From: a virus
Taxonomy: Duplodnaviria; Caudoviricetes
Direction: 5' to 3' (one strand)
Virus record (IMG/VR): IMGVR_UViG_3300021133_000004
Span: 1 to 59,960 of that record
DNA length: 59,960 nt
Position 1 is the stretch's first letter. Each line of letters starts with the position of its first letter. Both the position numbers and the translations under genes were made by a program. Positions 1-9,400 of this stretch are shown piece by piece. The notes below the pieces were generated by a model. The model made no database searches. It saw only the letters and a program-made list of their open reading frames with translations, and had not been told where the DNA came from.

Positions 1-99
1 GCCAGTAAACGGCGCGACCTTGGCCGACTGCGTAGGCCCCATGAACGAAAGCCCGTGGACATCGACCACCGTCCCGGCTGGTGCTACTATTGGTACTGC
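1..99. repeat. Terminal direct repeat, identical to 59862-59960 (circular assembly overlap)
   Basis: Bases 1-99 match 59862-59960 exactly. An ORF reads through the junction, so the contig is a closed circle of about 59,861 bp. Confidence 0.95.
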
Positions 100-177
100 A
101 GCCCCCGAGGGCTTCCCGAACCCCGTGGGCGGCAATTTCCCGTAGACCGGCCCGCAGAAAGACAAAGGACTTAGAAC

Positions 178-267
178 ATGGCGACTACCTTTGTGCAGGT
201 TGCCCCCGTGATCGCGGAAATTCAGAAGCAGGCCGCGCCGCAGGTGGAGAAGCCAGCCGCGCAATGA
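178..267 (+). CDS. 29-aa peptide, partial second copy of the small gene at 59324-59467 (possibly a remnant)
   Basis: Translates MATTFVQVAPVIAEIQKQAAPQVEKPAAQ. AAGGA lies upstream, and its TGA overlaps the ATG at 264. Confidence 0.45.
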   Translation: MATTFVQVAPVIAEIQKQAAPQVEKPAAQ

Positions 268-2132
268 TCCCAAACATCATCCATATGATGTGGTTCACAG
301 GCCCGAAGTCCCGCGACTTCGGGTTTTTGAACTATTTGGCGGTAAAGATTGCTGCTGAAGTCCAGAAACCGGATCATTATTATTTCTATTATAATGCCGA
401 ACCGGCCAATAACCCGCACTGGGAGGCCATCAAGCCATATGTCACCATGGTCCAGATCGACCCGCCCACGGAGATCGGCGGGGTCAGTCTGGACTACCCG
501 CAGTACCAATCGGACGTTGTGCGGCTTCAAAAATTGCTGGATCGCGGCGGCATTTACTTAGACACCGACATTTTGCTGCTAAAGCCCCTCACCCCCCTGA
601 TGGACAATACCTGTGTTCTGGGGGGCGATCGCTATATTGATGACCAGGTTGGTCTTCGTACTACCGATCCCGACAAAATTGCGTCTGTAGCTAATGGGGT
701 GATTCTGGCTGAAAAGGGCAATCTCTTCATTGGTCAATGGCTTGATGCCATTCCCGCCGCAATCAAATCAGATGTCTGGGCCAACCATGCCGTGGTCTTG
801 CCGTTCCAGATGTGGCTGAAAGACACCAGCCTGTTTGCTTTAAAGGATGTTGAAACCTTTATCCCGTTTGGTTTTATGGATAAATTCATATTCAGTAATG
901 ACGACAAAGACTTGGCACGGCTGGACGGGTCTTATAGTGTCCATATGTGGGACACGATTTGGTCCGAAGACATTCGTAAAATCGACAATAACTACCTTAG
1001 AAACGAACGTAACCTATTCACTAAGCTATTCAGGAAATATGCCGTGCAAGACAAGAAGCTAAAAATATGCGTCTATGCGATCAGCAAAAACGAAGAAGCG
1101 TTTGTAAAACGCTTTGCTGCATCTGCTAAGGAGGCTGATTATGTACTCATTGCTGATACCGGTAGCACGGACAACACTGTTGCCACCGCTCAAGCTGCTG
1201 GCTGTATTGTTCATAGTATTTGCATCTCTCCTTGGCGCTTTGATCTGGCTCGGAACGCCGCTCTGGCGCTTATTCCGTCTGATGTGGACGTTTGTATCTC
1301 GCTTGATCTTGACGAAATCTTAGAGCCCGGCTGGCGCGAAGACCTTGAGCGTGTCTGGCAACCGGATACGACCCGACTGCGTTACTACTTCGACTGGGGC
1401 TGCGGCATCCGGTACAAGTACGAAAAGATCCATCACCGCAAAGGGTATATGTGGCACCACCCGTGCCATGAATATCCCAAGCCCGATCCCCGGACGGTAG
1501 AAGTCTGGGCCGACACCGACATGCTGCTGGTCAGCCACCACCCGGACCCCACCAAGAGCCGGGGGCAGTATCTGGATCTTCTGGCGGTGTCGGTGAAGGA
1601 GGATCCGCGCTGCCCCCGCAATGCCTTCTACTATGCCCGTGAATTGTCGTTCTACAGCCGGTGGCAGGAGTCGATCGACGCCTGCAAACGGTATTTGGAC
1701 CTTCCGGGCGCTACCTGGCCCAACGAACGCTGCTACGCCATGCGTATTTTGGGCAAGTGTTTCAGTGAGTTAGGCAATATCGGGGAAGCCGAAAAATGGT
1801 TCCAGATGGCGGCTGTAGAAGCCCCCTACACCCGCGAGCCATGGTGCAATCTGGCGATGATGATGTACCAGCAGGCTCGGTGGCCGGAATGTTATGCCGC
1901 CTGCATGCGGGCGCTGGCTGTAAAAAATCGTGAATTAGTATATACTTGCGATCCAGAGGTTTGGGGGCATTTGCCCCACGATCTCGCCAGCATTGCCGCA
2001 TGGCACATGGGGCTGAAGGAGGTGTCCATTGAACAGGCCGAATTGGCTGTCCAATGCTCCCCGGACGACCAGCGCCTGCGGGCAAATCTGCGCTTCGTAA
2101 CGGGGCAGGATAAGGAAGAGGAAGCCGCGTAA
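264..2132 (+). CDS. Fused glycosyltransferase: N-terminal GT32-like (DxD) domain, GT2 domain, C-terminal TPR-like region
   Basis: GT32-type motifs MIPNIIH..W, SDVVRL..L...GGIYLDTD. GT2-type motifs KICVYAISKNE, IADTGSTDNT, SLDLDE. Helical TPR-like tail. Start placed at ATG 264 rather than 81. Confidence 0.85.
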   Translation: MIPNIIHMMWFTGPKSRDFGFLNYLAVKIAAEVQKPDHYYFYYNAEPANNPHWEAIKPYVTMVQIDPPTEIGGVSLDYPQYQSDVVRLQKLLDRGGIYLDTDILLLKPLTPLMDNTCVLGGDRYIDDQVGLRTTDPDKIASVANGVILAEKGNLFIGQWLDAIPAAIKSDVWANHAVVLPFQMWLKDTSLFALKDVETFIPFGFMDKFIFSNDDKDLARLDGSYSVHMWDTIWSEDIRKIDNNYLRNERNLFTKLFRKYAVQDKKLKICVYAISKNEEAFVKRFAASAKEADYVLIADTGSTDNTVATAQAAGCIVHSICISPWRFDLARNAALALIPSDVDVCISLDLDEILEPGWREDLERVWQPDTTRLRYYFDWGCGIRYKYEKIHHRKGYMWHHPCHEYPKPDPRTVEVWADTDMLLVSHHPDPTKSRGQYLDLLAVSVKEDPRCPRNAFYYARELSFYSRWQESIDACKRYLDLPGATWPNERCYAMRILGKCFSELGNIGEAEKWFQMAAVEAPYTREPWCNLAMMMYQQARWPECYAACMRALAVKNRELVYTCDPEVWGHLPHDLASIAAWHMGLKEVSIEQAELAVQCSPDDQRLRANLRFVTGQDKEEEAA

Positions 2133-2908
2133 TGACTACCCCGAACACCACCCCGCTGACCTATAACGGCTATGTCACCCAGATAGCGACTATGGCCGTC
2201 GTCAATACCCAGACAGTCAGCGGCGTGGTTCAGGGGGTTGACGCAGCTTTTAACGCCATCATCCCCCAGATGCTGAATTACGCCGAACTGCGGATTCAGC
2301 GGGATCTGGATCTTCTGCCGCTGGAAACCAGCAATACCTACACCCTGACCAGCGGGTCCAATATCCTGCAAATCTCGGTCAACGATTTTGTGACCATTCA
2401 GACTATTTCGGTCAATAACAGCGGCGTAAATACCCCCCTGTTGCCAGCCACCAAAGAGTTCCTTCAGAACGTCTGGGGAAACTCGACCACAACCGGTGTA
2501 CCCCAATATTTCGCCATGTACGGCGGCGATCTGTCCACGGGCGGCAACACCTACAACAACATCATCTTTGGACCCTATTCCAGCGGCAATTACCCCGTCA
2601 CCGTGACCGGCACGATCCGTATGCCGACCCTGTATAATCAGGCCACCGCCACCAACGCCGCCACCGGCACGACCTTCATCAGTACCTATCTGCCTGACAT
2701 GCTGATTATGGCCAGCATGATCTATATCAGCGCCTACCAGCGTAACTTTGGCCGTATGAGTGACGATCCTGCCATGGCCCAAAGTTACGAAGGCCAATAT
2801 CAGTCTCTGCTGCGCGGTGCGACTGTCGAAGAGTATCGCAAGAAGTTTGAGGCGTCGGCTTGGTCTTCCAAGTCGCCTGCGCCGCCCGCCACCCCTATCA
2901 GGACGTAA
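2132..2908 (+). CDS. Head-tail adaptor / tail tubular-type virion protein
   Basis: 258 aa, immediately before the nozzle-like gene. AELRIQRDL and G.P.YFA motifs are typical of podovirus adaptors. Confidence 0.6.
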   Translation: MTTPNTTPLTYNGYVTQIATMAVVNTQTVSGVVQGVDAAFNAIIPQMLNYAELRIQRDLDLLPLETSNTYTLTSGSNILQISVNDFVTIQTISVNNSGVNTPLLPATKEFLQNVWGNSTTTGVPQYFAMYGGDLSTGGNTYNNIIFGPYSSGNYPVTVTGTIRMPTLYNQATATNAATGTTFISTYLPDMLIMASMIYISAYQRNFGRMSDDPAMAQSYEGQYQSLLRGATVEEYRKKFEASAWSSKSPAPPATPIRT

Positions 2909-2911
2909 CCT

Positions 2912-5017
2912 GTGCCACACGCATCCGTAAAAATCATACCGGGCGTGAACCAGAACGAAACCCCAGCCTTAAACGAGGCGGGGATTTCGACCACTAATCT
3001 TGTCCGGTTTATCCCTGACCCCAAGCTGGGCGCTTTGGTACAGAAGCTGGGCGGCTGGGCCAAGTTTTACCCTAACACCATCGCGGCAATCCCCCGTGCA
3101 TTATGGGCGTGGGAAGACACCAATTCGGTGTCTCATTTGGCCGTTGGAACAGAAAATATTGTTAGTTCTACACAATCTCAACTTAGTGTAATCACTAACG
3201 GCACCCAGACCGTTATCACGCCCCGTTCCACTACCGACAACATCACGCCCGCCGCCTCCACCACCAGCGGCAGTTCGGTCGTGACAATCACGGACGCTAC
3301 CACAACCGGCATTACGTCTTACGATACGGTCTATATTGAAACCCACATGGCCGTTGGCGGATTGGTCCTGTTCGGCTTGTACCCCTGTATTTTGCAGGGT
3401 TCGACGACCTATCAGATCATCGCGCTGGACGCTCTGGGCAACCCGCTTGCCGCCACCTCTACCTCCACCACCACGACCGTAGCGTCCTTTGCCACCACGA
3501 ATACGTCCAGCACCGTAACGGTGACGCTGACAAATCACGGTTATGCCGTAGGAAGTACCTATCCGGTGCTTGTATCTACTTCTGTTGGGGGTATAACACT
3601 TTACGGCAATTATATTGTTCAAAGTGTTCCAACCGCTAATACATTTACTATTAATGCCCCTCAAACAGCCACTTCTACAACCACTGGCTCTATCAACGGC
3701 GGCAACGCGCGCCTGCTGTATAGCTTTGGTATTGGCGCGATCCCTGCCGGTACTGGTTATGGCATTGGTGGTTACGGATCGGGCGGTTATGGAACTGGTA
3801 CAGCTATCGTCCCAAGCACTGGTACGCCAATCTCGGCCACAGATTGGACGCTGGACAACTGGGGTCAAGTCCTCATCAGTGTCCCGATCAATAGTTCGCT
3901 TTTCCAGCCCATCTATCAATATGACCCGACTTCTGGAAACCCGATTGCCACAGTCATCCCTCAAGCCCCGCCTGTTAATGACGGTGCCTTCGTGGCTATG
4001 CCGCAGCGCCAGATCATCGCTTGGGGATCAACTTTCACGGGTATCCAAGATCCGCTTCTGATCCGCTGGTGCGATGTAAATAATTACAACGCCTGGATTG
4101 GAACAGTCATAAATCAGGCCGGTTCCTACCGCATCCCGAAGGGGTCAAAGATCATCGGCTGCATCCAGTCTTCGCAGCAGGGCCTGATCTGGACCGATCT
4201 GGGCCTGTGGTCGATGCAGTATATCGGCCCGCCCTATGTCTATTCGTTCAACGAAGTCGGTACATCTTGCGGTCTGATTGCCCGTAAGGCTGCGGCTTCG
4301 GTTAATGGCGAAGTAATGTGGATGGGTTCTTCGCAATTTTTCAACTTGTCTGCCAATGGTGTTCAACCAGTTCCCTGCCCGATCTGGGACGTTATATTTC
4401 AAGATCTGGATCAAACAAATCTGTCCAAGATTCGCGTGGCGGTTAATTCGCGGTTTGGCGAAATCGCCTGGTACTATCCCACCGTCAGCAGCGGTGGAGA
4501 AGTCACCAATTATATCAAGTACAATATCAATCTTGGGGTCTGGGATTACGGCACTCTTGGCCGGTCGGCTTGGATCGACCAGTCCGTTCTGGGTTCGCCC
4601 ATCGGCGCTGATCCCAGCACTCGTTATTTGCAACAGCATGACGGCACCAATCCCACTACCGGATTGCCGGTGACTGATGCCGATGGCGCTGCCATGCCGT
4701 CCAACTTTCAGACTGGTTACTTCGCGCTGTCAGAAGCAGATGTTAAAAGCTTCATTGACGAAGTTTGGCCCGACATGAAATGGGGCTACTACGGTGGAAC
4801 CCAGAACGCCACCGTGAACCTTACGTTCTACGCGGCGGATTTCCCCGGCCAGACGCCGACTACTTATGGCCCCTACGCTCTGACGCAGAATACGACCTTT
4901 ATCAGCCCGCGCATCCGTGGCCGGTTGGTGTCCATCAATGTTGGCAGCACGGACGTAGGCAGTTTCTGGCGTATTGGTAATATTCGTTATCGCGTCCAGC
5001 AGGATGGTAAATACTAA
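2912..5017 (+). CDS. Tail nozzle / packaged-DNA stabilisation protein (P22 gp10-like)
   Basis: 701 aa, beta-rich, W-rich repeats (WTLDNWG, IRWCD, LIWTD), Thr-rich insertion, position before the ejection genes. Confidence 0.65.
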   Translation: MPHASVKIIPGVNQNETPALNEAGISTTNLVRFIPDPKLGALVQKLGGWAKFYPNTIAAIPRALWAWEDTNSVSHLAVGTENIVSSTQSQLSVITNGTQTVITPRSTTDNITPAASTTSGSSVVTITDATTTGITSYDTVYIETHMAVGGLVLFGLYPCILQGSTTYQIIALDALGNPLAATSTSTTTTVASFATTNTSSTVTVTLTNHGYAVGSTYPVLVSTSVGGITLYGNYIVQSVPTANTFTINAPQTATSTTTGSINGGNARLLYSFGIGAIPAGTGYGIGGYGSGGYGTGTAIVPSTGTPISATDWTLDNWGQVLISVPINSSLFQPIYQYDPTSGNPIATVIPQAPPVNDGAFVAMPQRQIIAWGSTFTGIQDPLLIRWCDVNNYNAWIGTVINQAGSYRIPKGSKIIGCIQSSQQGLIWTDLGLWSMQYIGPPYVYSFNEVGTSCGLIARKAAASVNGEVMWMGSSQFFNLSANGVQPVPCPIWDVIFQDLDQTNLSKIRVAVNSRFGEIAWYYPTVSSGGEVTNYIKYNINLGVWDYGTLGRSAWIDQSVLGSPIGADPSTRYLQQHDGTNPTTGLPVTDADGAAMPSNFQTGYFALSEADVKSFIDEVWPDMKWGYYGGTQNATVNLTFYAADFPGQTPTTYGPYALTQNTTFISPRIRGRLVSINVGSTDVGSFWRIGNIRYRVQQDGKY

Positions 5018-5358
5018 TGAGTTCACTATCTGACATCCTGACAGCAGCAAAAAACATCGTCACAGCGATCAACGGTGCCGCGCAGACGTATTTGAATGTT
5101 CAGGGGGCGCAAGATGCAGTCAACATATCATCTGCAACGCTTGTCAAATCGGGTGCTGGCCGCGTTGCCATCGTCAGCGTTACGACAGCGGGAAGCACCA
5201 CGGGGTCCATATACGACACGAACTCAGCATCTTCTACGACTGGCAAGATATATGTCATCCCAAACACAGTTGGCGTAACAGTCGTTAACATGCCCGTCTC
5301 CTTCGGAATCGTCGTGGCTCCCGGTTCTAGCCAAGTCGTTTCCATCAGTTATTCGTGA
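5017..5358 (+). CDS. Small virion structural protein
   Basis: 113 aa, beta-rich, translationally coupled in the tail operon. Confidence 0.55.
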   Translation: MSSLSDILTAAKNIVTAINGAAQTYLNVQGAQDAVNISSATLVKSGAGRVAIVSVTTAGSTTGSIYDTNSASSTTGKIYVIPNTVGVTVVNMPVSFGIVVAPGSSQVVSISYS

Positions 5359-5365
5359 GGTAGCC

Positions 5366-5965
5366 ATGCCGCTTTCCAAAGGTAAAAGTCAGGAAGTCAT
5401 TTCGCATAATATTTCTGAAATGATTCACGCGGGACACCCCAAAGATCAGGCCATTGCGGCGGCTCTCAATACGGCGCGCGAAAGCCATGCTTACGGCATG
5501 AAGGTTCCCAAAGCGCCCAAACCTTACAAGAAAAAATCTGGCCATTTGCATGTCGGGCCAATCCATAGCCCGGTGGCCGGCCGTACAGATCATCTGCCCA
5601 TGCATGTTCCCAGCGGATCCTATGTCATTCCCGCTGACATTGTGTCAGCCATGGGAGAAGGCAATACGATCGCGGGTTTCAAGCATATGCGCCGGATGTT
5701 CGGCGGCGCTCCTTACGGCGGCAGCGGCATGCCCTACGGGCAGGGGTCCGGTCCCTACGGCGAACATCTGGCGGCCGGCGGCGAAGCCGACGCGGTCCCG
5801 ATTGTGGCTGCCGGCGGCGAATATGTTCTTTCCCCGGACCAGGTACGTCAGGCCGGCGGCGGAGATCTGGAAATGGGTCACCGGGTGCTGGATGAGTTCA
5901 TCAAGCGCAAGCGGTCCGAAACAGTCAAAACTTTGAAAAATCTCCCCGGACCTAAAAAGGATTAA
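5366..5965 (+). CDS. Virion protein with two copies of a GP..G..D.(L/V)P.....G.YV motif
   Basis: GPIHSPVAGRTDHLPMHVPSGSYVIPADIV and GGEADAVPIVAAGGEYVLSPDQV. GAGG RBS upstream. Confidence 0.6.
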   Translation: MPLSKGKSQEVISHNISEMIHAGHPKDQAIAAALNTARESHAYGMKVPKAPKPYKKKSGHLHVGPIHSPVAGRTDHLPMHVPSGSYVIPADIVSAMGEGNTIAGFKHMRRMFGGAPYGGSGMPYGQGSGPYGEHLAAGGEADAVPIVAAGGEYVLSPDQVRQAGGGDLEMGHRVLDEFIKRKRSETVKTLKNLPGPKKD

Positions 5966-5966
5966 A

Positions 5967-6461
5967 ATGACCAATTCTGAAGACCTGAAAATCCGTCTCG
6001 CTACCGTCGAAGATCTCGACGAAATGATGCAATTGGCCATGTCGGCTTGCGAAGAAAACGGTTTTTTGAACCCTAACCCTATAAAATTGCTTCAGGATAT
6101 TTGGCCGGCGCTGAACCGGGATCATGGCCTGTGTGCCGTCATCGGGAAGCCGGGCGGTATCATTGAAGGGGCTATCCTTCTGCGTATCGGCCAAATGTGG
6201 TATTCCGACGATCAGACGATCGAAGAAAAGGCCATCTTTATCCATCCCGATTATCGGGGGGCTAGAGGCGGAAGGGCTAGAAAGCTATGCGAGTTCAGTA
6301 AGATGGTAGCTGACACGCTTGGACTTCCACTGGTAATCGGTGTATTGTCCAATAGCCGCACCGAGGCAAAAATTCGGATGTACGAACGCCAGTTCGGGAA
6401 ACCGAGCGGGGCGTTTTTCCTGTATGGAGCGAAAACTGGGCAGTTTTCCAAGGGGCATTAA
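5967..6461 (+). CDS. Putative GNAT-fold protein preceding the internal virion proteins
   Basis: IRLATVEDL N-terminus and FIHPDYRG motif. Same position as T7 gp13-like genes. Confidence 0.6.
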   Translation: MTNSEDLKIRLATVEDLDEMMQLAMSACEENGFLNPNPIKLLQDIWPALNRDHGLCAVIGKPGGIIEGAILLRIGQMWYSDDQTIEEKAIFIHPDYRGARGGRARKLCEFSKMVADTLGLPLVIGVLSNSRTEAKIRMYERQFGKPSGAFFLYGAKTGQFSKGH

Positions 6462-9400
6462 ATGAGCGGCGGCAAATCTCAACAGAGTTCACAACAGGTT
6501 ACTATCCCGCCGGATGTTTTGGCGCGGTACAACTCTGTCAACGCTCAAGCCCAGCAGGCCGCCTCCCAGCCCTTCCAGCAGTATTCGACTGACCCCAACG
6601 CCTTCGTTGCCCCCCTTACCACTACTCAGCAAGCGGGTATTGCCAACACCAATATGGCGGCCGGTCAGGCCCAGCCTTATTTCAATGCCGCAACGCAGCA
6701 ACTGACCGGGGCGCAGCAGGCTGCGACCCCGTTCATCTATGGTGCCGCGCAGGGCACTCAAGAGGCCCTACAGCAGGGCACCACGGCCAATCAGCAGGCC
6801 GCTGGTCTGTATGGTGCCGGCCTTGCAGCAGGCGCTCCCATGATCGCCGCATCGGGCGCTGCGGCCGATGCCGCGCCGATCACCGGCCAGACCATCGGCC
6901 AGTATATGGACCCCTATCTTTCCAGCGTCGTGGGTAACACCGCCGCGCTTCAAAACCAGCAGAACCAGCAGGCGATGGCCGGTCAAACCGGCAATGCCAT
7001 TCGTCAGGGCGCTTTTGGCGGCGACCGCGCGAGCATCGCTGCGTCCAATCTTCAGGGTCAGCAGGATCTTGCCACTGGAAACTTGCTTTCCGGTCTTCTC
7101 AGTCAGGGCTATGGGCAGGCGCTTTCGACCGCCCAGCAGCAGCAGGGCGTCAATCTGGGCGCGCAGCAGGCCAATCTGGCTCGCTTGGGGCAGGCTGGTC
7201 AGGGACTTTCCAGTCTTTACGGCGGCACGGCGGCCGGCCTTGGCGGCCTAGGCCAGCAGCAATACGCGCAGGGCGCGGGCGCGGCCCAGCAGTTGGCCGG
7301 TCTGGGCAACCAGCTTTACGGCATGGGCGCTGGTACTTCGCAGGCTCTTGCTGGTCTTGGCGCTGGAGCGCAGGGCGCTGCTTTGCAGGGCGCGCAGGCC
7401 CAGCTTGCCGCAGGTCAGGCTGCACAGCAGACCCAGCAGGCCGGTCAGACCGCGCTGTACAACCAGTTCCTCCAGCAGCAGTCCTACCCGTTCCAGGTGG
7501 CTCAGTTTCTCGCGAACATCGCGGAAGGCACGGGTGCGCTGTCTGGTTCTACTACCACGACGACCCAGCCCGGCGGCTTCTTTTCCGACGAGCGGCTCAA
7601 GGAAGATATCGAACCGATCGGCAAGACCTTCGATGGTCAGAACATCGTCAAGTTCCGGTACAAGGGCGAGCCACGCAAACAGATCGGCCTTATCGCGCAG
7701 GATGTTGAAAAGCATCATCCTGACGCAGTCGGATTGGCGTCTGGCTACAAGACGGTTGATTACGACAAGGCTACCGAAGATGCCGCCGATCGCGGCCGCT
7801 TCTATCGCGGTGGTTTGGTGCCTTCGAGCGAAGGCGGCGCGGTAACGACCGCGCATCTGGGAGAAGGCTTTGCTGGTGGCGGTCCCGCGCTTCCCAATGC
7901 GACTGACATGGCCGCTTTGCTGGCCGCCCAGGCTCAAATGTTTGGTCCGTTCTCGCAGAGCGGTCTATACGGCGGCGAAAGCGGTGGTGTTCCCGGCGGC
8001 GGTTCGGGGCGCGTTCCGGCTGCCAACCTGCCTGTCAGCCATCTTGCTGTGGCGGGGGGGTTGCCGAAGGCGACTAGTACGGCCGAACAAATGGCTCAGA
8101 TCGCTTCAGCCGGCGAAAATATTAATAAACTTGGTCAGGACGCTGGACTTTGGAAAGGCAACCCACCTTCTAATACTGCTCCTGCCGCCACTGTAAGTCA
8201 TGACGAAGTCGATAGTAGAACTGCCGCACAAAGAGCGGCCGCAGTTGGTTTGGGTGCGGGGAACGGTTATCCCATTCCGGATGCAAATGATTCAGATCAA
8301 GCCGGAAACTCGGCCCGTGGCGGCGTAGCCGGCGGTCGCAGACATTATGAAGACGGCGGTATGCCGTATTCTGAACAAACCAGCGGTCCAACTAAACGCG
8401 ATATTCCTGACGAGCAAAAGGAAGCGCCGAAACTTGCGACTGCTGGGCCTTTGCCTTCCGGCGGAGGTGGCGGTGGGATAATCGGCGGAATCTCGCAATT
8501 AGCGGGCATGGGCAGCAGCCTTGCTGGTCTTGGAAGTAGCCTTGGTCTGTTTGGAGGCGCTGCGGGCGCTGCCGGTGCGGCTGGCGCTGCGGGCGCTGCC
8601 GGTGCGGCTGGCGCTGCCGGTGCCGCCGGAAGCGGGATCATGGCCGCTTTGCCTTTCCTCGCTGCTTTTTCTACCGGAGGTGTTGCCGGTGGGCGTAAGG
8701 GATATGCTGGTCGCGGTGCTGTAAATAATGACGACGGTTCTGTCAGCATGGATATGTCTGATGGTTCAGATATTCCTGCCGATATGTCCGCCGATAGCAC
8801 TGGGACACCTCATGTTCTTGATGATAGAGGCCCAGTTGTCAGGAAAGATATTCCTGCCGATATGTTCGCCGATAGCACTGGGACACCTCATGTTCTTGAT
8901 GATAGAGGCCCAGTTGTCAGGAAAGATATTCCTTCTGGATTCCTCGACAGTGAAACCAGGGTTGCTCCTCCTTTGCCAAAGTTTTTGTCTCCGAAAGAAC
9001 AGGTTGCCGATATTCCCCAATTCAATATCGCACCCGATACTTCGACGCAGGCCCCCGCTCCTGTTGCACCGCCTGTTAAAACTGGCGTTGTTGCTGCCGC
9101 GCCTGTTGCTACTCCTGCCGCCGCGCCTGATTTCAATTCTGCGTTCAACCAGACGATGCGCTTTGAGGGTGGAAACGCTCTCAATCCTTCCGAAGGTTCA
9201 AGGTTTGGTGTTGTTCCCAGCGCCCATCCCGGTGTTGATGTAGCTAATCTCACCAGAGAGGGTGCCGCCGATATTTACAGAAACGAATATTGGAACCCGA
9301 TTGGCGCTGATAAAATGTCGCCGCAACTTGCACCGATCGCTGCTGACACTGCTTACAATCTTGGTGTCGGACGCACTAAGCAGCTTCTTGAGCAGGCTGG

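Noticed and set aside
1-99. Biological terminal repeat
   Set aside because: It is exactly 99 bp, falls in the middle of a gene, and matches a common assembler k-mer length. It is best explained as circular overlap.
81-263. N-terminal extension of the 683-aa ORF
   Set aside because: The region is occupied by the end of the junction-spanning gene and the 178-267 peptide. The glycosyltransferase motif starts at ATG 264.
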